A DNA stretch of 64,000 nt from Schmidtea polychroa (lineage: Eukaryota), in assembly GCA_044892525.1 (NCBI GenBank), contig CM097888.1:15500001-15564000 (forward strand). Direction: 5' to 3'. Position numbers and translations under genes: made by a program. The notes beneath the pieces are model-generated. The model ran no database searches. It was not told the origin of the DNA and worked only from the letters and a program-made list of their open reading frames with translations. Below are positions 47,541-58,355 of this stretch, one piece after another. Every line of letters starts with the position of its first letter. Position 1 is the first letter of the stretch.

Positions 47541-48338
47541 CAATAAATTTTGGTTTACCAAAAAAGAAGTCTTCTAAAAATTAGAGTCGTGTGATGAGTC
47601 TTTCTTTTAAAAATAAATGATTGGTCTTTATTCAAAAAAGTCATCGATGAGTCATACAAGGGGGGGGGGAGTATGCAAAAAAAAAGAAACCCCCTATCTA
47701 AACTATGAGTCATCGATGAGTCTTTGTCTATATGTCTTTGTTTAAATGTACTTAAATATTTGATTAAATGTCTTTGTTTAAATATTTGTTTAAATGTATT
47801 TATTTAAATATTTGTTTAAATGTATTTATTTAAATTTTTGTTTAAATGTATTTATTTAAATATTTGTTTAAATGTATTTATTTAAATATTTGTTTAAATG
47901 TATTTATTTAAATATTAAATATGTCTTTGTTTAAAAAATGATGAGTCATACATACTTTAATAATGAGTCAGTTGGCTTTGTTCCAAAAATGATGAGTCAT
48001 ATGACCTTGTTACTAAAAAGAGAATGACCTTGACCTAGTTACTAAAAATAGAATGACCTTGATGAGTCATCGATGACGTCACGTGACATTGTTACTAAAA
48101 ATAGAATGACCTTGACCTAGTTACTAAAAATAGAATGACCTTGACCTAGTTACTAAAAATAGAATGACCTTGACCTAGTTACCACGGTTGCTATGGATGA
48201 GTCATATAACCTTGACCCAGTTACCGCTGTTGCTATGGATGAGTCATATGTCTTTGTTTTGCGCTGAGTCATCGGGGGGGGGGGTAGTGCAAAAAAATGA
48301 CAAAAAACGATGAGTCATGGAGCACACTTCTCTCTACT
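47541..48338 (-). repeat. Right TIR of Polinton
   Basis: Reverse complement of the left TIR, with different subrepeat copy numbers. Confidence 0.93.
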
Positions 48339-51143
48339 CGTTTACGTGGAAATAAAATAAATATTAAAAACACAGCTGTGATGGAAACGAAAGAATGTGA
48401 CTATAAATTGGAAAAACAGATCAATCGAAAAACTGGTAGAATTCAGAACGATATTTGAACCAGAGAAATTGTGTCAATTGAAGAAGCCAATCAATACCAT
48501 TCTTAGGTAAAAAGTTTCATTAGTGAAGGATAAATTATTATCCTTTTGTTGTGGTCAATTTAGTATTCCCTGGGTGCCCCAAAATCATTAACCAACTTAC
48601 TTATCTTTTCTCTTATGGTTTATTCAGCGATCGTTGTGCTACACAGGAACCAACAATTTCTTACAGGCTGCGACAAACGGCAAGGATAAATCCGTTTCTT
48701 GTATTTGCTTTTACATCACATTGTATAAATTATTTTGTAAAATTATAAATAAAAATTATTTAAAAACAGAAGTTGGTTTTTTCATTAAAATTATTAATTA
48801 CACGCAACCACACGAAATATTCATTATTGACCTTATTAACATTAATATTATATTTATTGGAGTTAATTGTGTTAAGATTAGTGACACCCATGGGCGCTTT
48901 TACTAATAGGCAAACTTAGGCAACTGCCTAGAGGCGCCAACCGAAAAAGAGCGCTTGCAATATAATTTTCTTTGTAATTTTTTTTCCATAATTTTTATAT
49001 ATTTATTGATAATTATAATTAAATTATGTAATTAAACAAGATAATACTATTAATATACATTAATATTATTTATAAGTAGTACTTTGTTTTTGTTTTACTG
49101 ACGGTTTTTACTGATGGGTTTTCAAATTAGTTGTATGTAAAATAAAACGATTATAGAAGTTAAAATTTTTAAAAATTTGAATTCAAGTTGAATTTGTTAT
49201 AACTTTATAGTACAGAATATTTTATATTGCTATTTGGTGATTTATATAAAATTTTCTCTAAGTTATAATTTTATGGTAAGCGAATTTTACATATTTTAAA
49301 TATTTTTTTACAGAGGTATTGTTTTAAAATTTAGGTAAAATAAATTAAATGGAAGGGCGTAAAAAATAGTGGTTATCAAAGTAGAAAATTAGCAAAAGAA
49401 AAACAAAGAAGTTCGATAAAATCATTGAAAAAACAACTAAAACTAGATGGATTTTTAATTTAAAAACCCGGAGCCGTAGCTCAAGAACAGGTAAGCAATT
49501 GTGTTTCAATTGTGGAAATACATAACGAAACTACCACAGATGTCTCATATCAATTCAAACATTTAATGATTTAGAAAAAAATAAACACCCTGACACAAAT
49601 AATTTAGAATAAAACACTGACACATCTGCTAATTGTTCAAGAATGGTAAATCTGTCCGAAAATCACACAAACATTCAAATAAACCTTGATCCTGTTACAT
49701 GGAAACGGTGTGATGACTCTACTATTACATATTTATCTAATAAAAATAATTCCATTAGTCAAAACATCCCTACAGATTTCTCGTCAACAAAGAAGGTTTA
49801 TACCGACAAAAGAGCAAGATATTTAAATGAATGTGTTTTTTTAGAAGAAAATTGCAAAATGGTGAATTTATACGTCAAAATTATCTAGTATATTCTCAAA
49901 GTAACAAATCAGTTTATTGTGTTCCTTGTCGATTGTTAGGTGGTGGAACAGCACTGGCAACAACAGGTTATTCTGATTGGAAAATGTAACAGAATGCTTA
50001 TCTCAGCACGAATAATAAAGCAGCTATTATTAGGAGACTTTGCGTCAAATGTGAATGAACTATTAAATTCAGAAACTCTAAAGGGAAAAAAATTATTAGA
50101 TTCAGGTACTCAAACGGGTTGTGTGTATTATACGAAAACTTGCTAGCCAAACATTGCCTTTAAGAGGAAAAACTCAAATAATTGGAAACATTAATAATGG
50201 CAATTTTTTAATGGCCGTGGAATTAGTTGCCGAATTTGACCCGTTTGTAGCCGCGCATATTGAAAAATATGGAAATCCAGGAAAAGGAGGTACATCATAT
50301 TTATCGTCAAAAGTTTTCGAAGAAATTGTGATATTGATGGCCGAAAAAGTAAAACAACAAATATTTAAGGAATTATGAGAAGCAAAATATTATTCAATTA
50401 GTGTTGACTACATTCCTGACATATCACATACTGATCAAGTTGCTTTTATTATTCGATATGTAAAAAATGAAGTCCCCGAGGAACATTTTTTGAGGTTTTT
50501 GGAAAATGTAGCATAAATATGGAGGGGAAAGAAATTATACAATTTTTAAATGAAAACAAAATTGAAATAAAAATTTGAGAGGGCAATCATATGATAACGC
50601 TAGACACATGCCTGGAATTTATTCAGGACTTCAAGCACGAATTAAGAAAATCAATGAATTAGCTCATTTTATACCTTGTACAGCACACTCAATGAACTTG
50701 GTTGGAAAATTTGCGGCAGATTGTTGCCGAGATGCAGCATCCTTTTACAATTTTTTTACAAGAATTATTTAATTTCTTTTCTTCTTCAACAAGTCATTGG
50801 TTAGTGTTAACTACTACTTTAAAAGGGCGAACCATAAAATTTCTTTCCGAAACAAAATGGTCTTGTCCAACGTTCCCTCTAAGCTGGGCAAACGGGCGGC
50901 CGCCCAGTTAAAAATTGACATTTGCCCACTCAGCATTTCTATCCGCCCACTAGAAATTATTGCAAACAATAATTTTTTTTATTTGTCACCATTTTCATTG
51001 CGTAAACGACCCCAGTTGAAAATTTCGTATAGATTTCCACACTAAATTTTTTTATTATTTACATATTACAAAAATAAAATGATAAAAAAAATTTTTTTTT
51101 GAAATTTTGCCCAATTTTTTTAAAATTTAATATACTTGCACAC

Positions 51144-54100
51144 TAGGGTGGGTCGAATGTTAATAAATTTTGAGTTCAAGAAAGGAAACATGGTTAAAAA
51201 GTTGTATTTTGGTATAGAAAAATCGAATCAAACCATTTTACTTAGATTTATGGACATTTACTGCTCCCAACTTTTCTCCGAAAATGCAGTTCAACATAAG
51301 TGTGAAAACAATGTAATTTGGCTAGTGTCGGAATGTGTTTTGCGCCTTTGTCCATATTTAGATGTAGCTTTCTTAAGAGCTTATAAGTATATTATTTACT
51401 CTCTTGGGCTGAGATAGTATATTCTGTGTCCTCATCCCGCATTGAAATATATCCTGACAACGTCAGTGATTAGGAAGGGCCAAATTTGAATTATCCTTTT
51501 CAAAGACAAAAATCAACTTTCGAAATTATTTTTTATTAAAAACATCCAGCCAAAAGTTTAGAAATGTATTAGCGAGGGCATAAAAAGAAGTCACATGAAA
51601 TCAGCTTTGCTTTGCACCTTGGGCAATTCCTTCCTTGATTTTTTACACAGTAGTACCATACCATGTCTGGACTTGTGACCAAACACTTTGCAACTGGCAG
51701 AAGAAACATCTTTGATGGCTCTTTCAACGGCTTGAGAATGACAGGGAAATTGTTCTAATGTAATTTTCTTATTCATCTTCAATTCATGATCCAATATATG
51801 AGATAAAAGAGGGGGAGGCGTCAAATTACATTTTGTCCAGTCAATCATGTCAACATATGATGTAGCAGACGACTGAAGAAAGACAGTATTCTTGTCCATA
51901 GTGCGAATCACTTCGGAAGGGAGAAAATTTTGTCTTGCAGTTATGATTTTTTCTGTTGCAAACTTAATGATTTCTTCATCATCATCACCAACAGCAGCTA
52001 GGAGTATATTTTCTGGATGTGAGAAGTAATTGTTGTTCTGAATGACAGGAAAGATGATTTCTTGGTCTGATGGATCCAAATCCTGCAGAAGTTGGAGCAT
52101 ATAAAAAATATTTCTTGCACCATCTTGGCATGACGAGTGAGTCTTTATATAAAACCATGACGGTCCATAGAAATTGACAATAAATTTCACTATTCGCATG
52201 AGAGGTTCAGATGGAGCAGTTTCGGACATATATAGTCGCAGAATTCTATTAGCTTTCGTTAGCCAGCGACTGTGATTCAAATTTCCTGGTTGTGCCATTT
52301 GTAGAAAAGGGACATCCTTGTTGTTGTGGTACCCTTTCTGGACTGCCAAGCATACTCTGAGGAAATACAATTGATCAGTGTTCAATTCTTTCTTGACATT
52401 TTCACTAATATCTACGACCTTTCCAGGAAGGGACATAAAGGCTACTACGGGCTTGTCTTTTGGATCAAAATCAAGAACGCTTCCTATTTCACCACATGAC
52501 GTTTTTGGACCTTTTGTTTCTCCACCATCGACGACTGAAAAATACTTCCTGAATGGCAATTCATTTGCATGCAACAAGCATATCAGCCATTGTAGAGGTC
52601 GCCCTAGGCTTTTTTCGAGTCTTCTGATTATTCCATTATTTTTTCCGGTGTTTGTATTGGTTCCATCGCACACAATTGCTTGAAGGGTCAGTGAGGACTG
52701 CGTGCTAACGATGATTGACATGATTTCTTTGCCAATATCCACAGCTTTACTACTTTGAGGTACAACATGATCGATATATGTATCCCCTGGAAAGGCGACA
52801 ATCACATAATGCTCCTCTTTTAGGATCCTTCTATGAAGTAAGGTGGAATCTTGTTTCCCGTCGAAACCGAGGCAAATCAAGTTTTTCGCTTATGCTGAAT
52901 GCTGTTCAATTTCTCTCTCCCTCCAGTACTTTCTCTGACGCCGTAATTTTGCGGGATCGATGATTGTTTGAGAGGATAACAGTTCCATATCTTTCAGAAA
53001 TGCGTTTACTAGCAAACACGTGTCTCTGTTGCTCACACCACATCTGTCAACAGCTTTACTTAATTCAGGATAATGTCTTCTATTTTGAAATTCATCACAT
53101 TCTTCTACGCTTGACTCTGAGCTTTCTGTTGAATTGTCTAACTTATCTTTACTTTCATCACTAGCGGCTTCACTCTCCGTGTCACTTCTTGAGGTAGGAT
53201 GTATATCGTTAATTTCAGTGTCCATTATTTCATTTTTCATTTGTTTTCCTTTTCCTGTAGGGCTGCTTTTCGTTTGTTTTCTCTTCAATTTTGAGGTTTC
53301 CTGTCTGTCCGTATTTCCGATTTTCATGTTTCTGGTAGTTTGTTGGTCAATCCAGAACATCCACTCTAAGGTAGGAATTTTCAAGGCCAATCGGCATGTA
53401 CACTGACTTCTTCCACGAGCACCATCATTAAAACATTTGCAGCAACATATGTCAAACAATTTGGAAAACGAGCTTAACTTATCTTGAAATTTGGCAGATG
53501 ACCTCTTGCATTCTGGATACTTCTCTAATTCACGCACTTTTGATATTAGTCGCTTGACACGAACCACAATACTACTGAACTCAACAGTTGGGATACTTGC
53601 CTTCATATAAATTTCCTTCACCTTATTTGCGAGAAGAGTTGCTTGTTCGTTAAAGTTAGTATGAAATTGCGTACATTTCTCATTGTAACAGTAATCACGA
53701 AACACATCTTCACAAGTAGGTAATTGGTTTCTGGGTAGTTCACAAGTTTGACCAAACAGACAATGACGTGATTTACTTCTTGTTTTGCGAAATTGCTTAT
53801 TTCTCTGTCCCTTCATAACTGCTCTTCTGTACTCAGCTCTGGCAAAATAAAAGTGAATCATCAAGTTAACTTTTTTAATTAGGTCCAGCAAACACTTGAC
53901 ATCCAATCGAAACAAATTAAATTATCTGAGTTTAGACTGACTAGTAGTATCCATGTGGATTATGTGTTGACTGTAGTGTGTGTGTGTTAGTATTGTTCAG
54001 AAGAAATTGTCTTTGTGAGTGCTTGTGTGAAGGTGCTTCCGTGAATTAACCTCTCTATACATGCACGCGTTAGCTTGGACTTGTGAATAGAGCATGTCAA

Positions 54101-54317
54101 AAATGGTCTTTCTGCAAGCGTGTGACTGCTTGCAGGATGAATTTACAATGGCACGTGTGCGAGCATTTTTACTGGGATAGTACTAATACATACAAACAAA
54201 AGTTGGGACCTGTAAACCCTTTTAAAAAGCTGTCTTTTGCAGGGATATTTCATTTTCTAGCATAAGCACAACTTTTTAGGCATGTTTGGAGAAAAAAAAA
54301 ATTTTCGACCCACCCTA
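51144..54317 (-). mobile_element. hATm-type transposon, near full length
   Basis: TIR TAGGGTGGGTCGAA / TTCGACCCACCCTA; 8-bp TSD TTGCACAC / TGGCACAC (7 of 8 match). Confidence 0.9.
51591..53915 (-). pseudogene. hATm transposase with one in-frame stop at 52890-52892
   Basis: ORFs 53915-52890 and 52880-51591 are in the same frame. Motifs GFDGKQD, CDGTNTNTGKNNG..LEKSLGRPLQWLICLLHANELP, PCHSQAVER. Confidence 0.88.
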
Positions 54318-55110
54318 TGGCACACATTGCAGTTAGCACACACACCAATTTTAAAAATTGTTGGTATGATGCATGCAAAGCTCTGTATGAAAACTGGGCG
54401 GGAATATCTGAAGCTTTAAAAAAATATCACAAGTGGAAACAGTATCTTCTCAAGTTAGAAGCCAAGCACAAAATATTAACAAACAAATGAATCGTCTCAA
54501 ATGTGCTTTTATGATGACATTTTGTAAATCTATTTTAGAACGTTTTAATGCTACTAGTTTAAAGTTACAATACATTGAAAATGATTTATCGATTGTTGTC
54601 GAGCAATACAAATCATTGATTGAATTCGTAAATTCAATGTCAAATTTATAAGAAAACTTTGAATATAAAGCCATAGAAATATCTTTTGTTAAATAATTTC
54701 AAAGAAAACGAGGGAAAAAACCGAAAATGTTTCATGTTGAAACAAATGAAGAAGCGGAATTACATAGCAATCAGAATTTTAAAACCAAAACATTTAGTGT
54801 TATAATTTCATGTCTTAGTGAAGAACTGAAAAAGAGGCTTGAAGCATATGAATTAATTTACAAAAACTTTGAATTTTTAAACAATTTAACGAAATACCAA
54901 CCTAAATTAATATTAGAAAATGCAGAAAATTTATACCAGATATACAAGAACGATTTAGATGAATGTTTTATGGAAGAATGTGTGTGGAAGTTCATATTTG
55001 AAAGCTAATGAAATTTCTGAAAATTCGATATTAGAGCTCACTAAATTAATATATAGCAAAAAATTAGAAACTGTTTTTCCAAATATAAATATAATCTTAT
55101 TGAAAAGATT

Positions 55111-55346
55111 AAAAGACCTATAAACTTGAAGATTAAGGTGACCAGATTTTTAGATGGGCAAAGCGGGACAACTTTGAAGAAAGGGGGTATCAACAAAAAT
55201 TTTCATATAGAATAGAAATAATATGGTAATATTTTTTGATTTTTAACATAAGTACAATTATAAATATAAAAAATTGTATAATATTTTATTCCTTGACATA
55301 CTATGAGTTTGATAAACTTAAAATATTTGCAAAATTTTATTTTTAT
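55111..55346 (+). repeat. Partial copy of the 24883 MITE plus its left flank, inside the Tip100-like transposase
   Basis: AAAAGAC.TATA.ACTTGAAGA.TAAGGTGACCAGATTTTTAGATGG.CAAAGCGGGACAAC... matches ~24861-25070. Confidence 0.8.
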
Positions 55347-55816
55347 ATCGTTATTGAAAAGATTGAAAACCTATTTAAGATCTACTATAAAGGAACAACG
55401 CTTAAACGCATTAGCTCTATTATCAATAGAAACACATTTTACATCAAATATAGATTATTCTGATATAATTGATGATTTTGCAGACAAAAAATCAAGGCGA
55501 AAATTTTAATGTGTTAAAAGGAAGTAAGAAAAGCAAAATTTTGCGTAATTAAAGCGTACTCCACTGTCTTTTTTAGTTCTTATTAAATCACTAAATTAAC
55601 AAAAACAACAGATAATTAGTTTTAATTGTATATTTGTACTTTTTAATTTTCAATACGAATAATGGGGTGCGTTAATATATGTATATATTGCCTAAGGGCG
55701 CCAAAGATACAAATGCATCAATGGTGACACCCTTTTTTGATCTTAACAATATTATCTAAGCAACAACCGCTGATGCTACAAATCAAATTTACACAAAAAA
55801 ATTATTCTATTATAAT

Positions 55817-56789
55817 CAGTGGTGTCGCTAGGCGGGTGTGGGGGTGCGGACCACACCGGGTGACACTAAATGAAAATTTGCAAATTTTACAGAGCAGACG
55901 TTGCTCGGTCCAGTCGTATTTTATAAGTGGATAATCAATTGTAGCTAAATAAATACATGACTAAAAGGCAGAACTGGGTCAGTGTGTAGTCTGCAGAGCA
56001 TCTGGGGCTCATTTTAATGAGATTTAGAGCTGGTAGGATCAAAATTTTGAGTTATTTAGGAACGCGATAATTAATGAGGTAGAATAAAACAATAGACTTG
56101 GAGGCGTTTCCGTAGGTCGAGTGCTTCATGCGCACGAGGTACCATCTTTGGCTTGACACTTGGTATGACATGGATGTGCAGGCGTTTATATACTCGTTTT
56201 TTATCAAAAAAGTAAATTTTGTGAAACTTGTAATTTGTATCACTGACCTATTTAGAGTAAATTAGAACATGGCGTAATTTTTATAACAGACGAACAGCGA
56301 AGAAAGGATTACATTCAAAAAATGAGTATTACTAGTAATTAATTACTATTATGATAATAAGAACACGCGCACATTCGTTGACCTGCTATGAACCCTCTCA
56401 ATTGATACCGGTACTTAAAGACGTTCCTCGGTCTACAATTGACAAACTAAAGCTGATAAAGAATTATTTACGATCCATCATGGGACAGTCAAGACTTTCT
56501 GATCTGGCTTTATTATCAATTGAAAGTTAGACGGCGAAGGACATAGACTTTGATGAAGTGATTGACAGGTTTGCAGCTCTGAAGACCAAGAAATGAAAAG
56601 TTTAAAGAATGTATTAATATCAATAACTTAACGTTGTTACAGTTCTTTAATACTTGTGCACGCTGACCTTCAGTTAACTTGTTTTTCGTTTGTCATTTTG
56701 ATATTGTGGACTTATTACACGTTGAATAAATAAGAATAAGTCAGTGATCGAAATCTGGAGGGGTGACACCAACCCTAGCGACGCCACTG
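55817..56789 (+). mobile_element. Non-autonomous hAT (Tip100-like), 973 bp
   Basis: TIR CAGTGGTGTCGCTAGG / CCTAGCGACGCCACTG, perfect TSD ATTATAAT; dimerisation-domain remnant KLKLIKNYLRSIMGQSRLSDLALLSIE. Confidence 0.9.
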
Positions 56790-57060
56790 ATTATAATACT
56801 ACGTTAAATAAATGCTTCTATTTCACTATTAATAAAATTTTATGACTCAAAGATGTAATCAATCTATCGCTGAGTGGCCTTACCTTACGGACGACAGTGA
56901 TGACTTATTACAAATTATTGTTGGAAACTTCAAAGCGAATATAGTTACTTAAATTATGTTTATTAAATTTATAAATTTTTAGATTATCAATAAAATATTA
57001 AAACTGCAAAATATTTGAATTTGAAAATTAAATATCAAGTTAATAATATATAAACAATTA

Positions 57061-58355
57061 CCGGTGACAGCTTGATTGGGTAATTCCACTCCTTCGTCAT
57101 TTTCTTCAAATTTAGCGGCAAAAATAGATGTTAAATAACGAAAATCAAAATCTAATCTAAAAGCTTGAAATTATTACAATAAATAAAATTTTATTAAAAC
57201 ATGTACTCATTATGTTCATTCTGGATTATATTCTTTTCTTTTTGAAGATCAGCAAATGATTTTGACGAACCGGGTATTTTTAGCTTTATATTTTTATTTT
57301 CATATTCGTCATTTAATTGAGAAAATTCTAAATTTATAAACTGGAAATCATGTTATGAAAACAATGGAAGTCAACTTAAAAATGTTTAAATATTAATTAT
57401 TTCTCAAAAATAAAATTAGAAGGCAAGTTGCGATCAGATACGAGTTTCTTTTCTATTTCATTACTCCGTAATTTTTGTATTTTTTACCAAAACAAAAATT
57501 AAAATATTGTTGAGGTCAGTAAATTAATATAAATTAATATTGTATAATATAAAATAACTTATTCGGTTTCGTACCGTTTAATCGATTTAAACTTAAGACT
57601 CGAATCTATAATTAACTCCGACTCGTTATATATGATTTTATATAAAGTAACACATTTACCAGAAAAATCAATAATTATTTGAAAACAAGCAAGATAACTA
57701 AAACTTAACCTTTTCAAATTAGTATTTTTTTATCAACTGGTTAAACCTTTCGATCATATTGTTCATAGAAGATGAAAGATTCGTAACGGTTTCTATTGTT
57801 AGACCTATATAGTTTTAAAACAAAATTTTAATGAATTCTGGAAGTGTCATAAATTTTGGATTAAAAACATCTAGTGGTTGTATAATTCAGGATATCATTA
57901 ATACGGTTTGTTGTGGTTGGCGTAGTCCTTTCTGGTAATTTGGCAATAGTTGCACCACTTTTCAATTGATCATCTATTTTGTCTATTTCAATTAATATTT
58001 TACCTTGTTCAACTTCAGATTTTAAGTTACAGGTTTGCAAAAGATCTGATTTGTTCTTGAATAAATTAGACATTGCATTGAAGAAATTTTGTTCGATTTT
58101 CTCTAAAACATTTCCAATATAATTCATTATAGAATCGGAATCCGTGAGTGACGTAAAATTTCTTCCATCGAATTCGACTTTAATTTTTTTACATAATTTA
58201 TTTACTATAATTCGGCAATTATGACCATTTATTAATAATGCAGCAAAATGCAAGTTATCATTTCCAAAGTTCTCTACATTGAGATATTTTAGAGAATCCA
58301 TGCATTCGAATGAATCTTTGGAATAACAATAAGAATTTTTAGCTAGCGAAAACAA
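57061..58355 (-). CDS. Unidentified multi-exon gene or pseudogene fragments
   Basis: 164-aa ORF 58355-57861 plus an AG/GT-bounded exon-like segment ~57157-57061 (LDFDFRYLTSIFAAKFEENDEGVELPNQAVT); no family recognised. Confidence 0.35.

Larger units (their letters stand above)
32111..48338 (+). mobile_element. Complete Polinton/Maverick (adintovirus-like endogenous virus), ~16.2 kb
   Basis: Begins AGTAGAGAGAAGTGTGCTCC and ends GGAGCACACTTCTCTCTACT; 6-bp TSD CGTTTA (32105-32110, 48339-48344). Encodes pPolB, rve integrase, A32-like ATPase, two capsid proteins and a cysteine protease. Confidence 0.97.
50868..54362 (+). mobile_element. Second hAT-type insertion (CAACGTTCCCTCTAAGCTG end) interrupting the Tip100-like transposase
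   Basis: Removing it rejoins ETKWSC-RYDACKAL. A matching right-end sequence (CAGCTTAGAAGGGACGTTG) occurs in another copy at ~60675-60693; no TSD seen. Confidence 0.5.
48889..55723 (+). mobile_element. Decayed hAT (Tip100/ZMYM1-like) transposon carrying nested insertions
   Basis: 8-bp TSD GTGACACC (48881-48888, 55724-55731), imperfect TIR, TAGGCAA/GCCTA.GGCGCC subterminal motifs. Frameshifted transposase pieces YCVPC, LRG...NGNF, GQSYDNA...CTAHSMNL, KRLKTYLRST..EQRLNALALLSIE. Confidence 0.85.
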
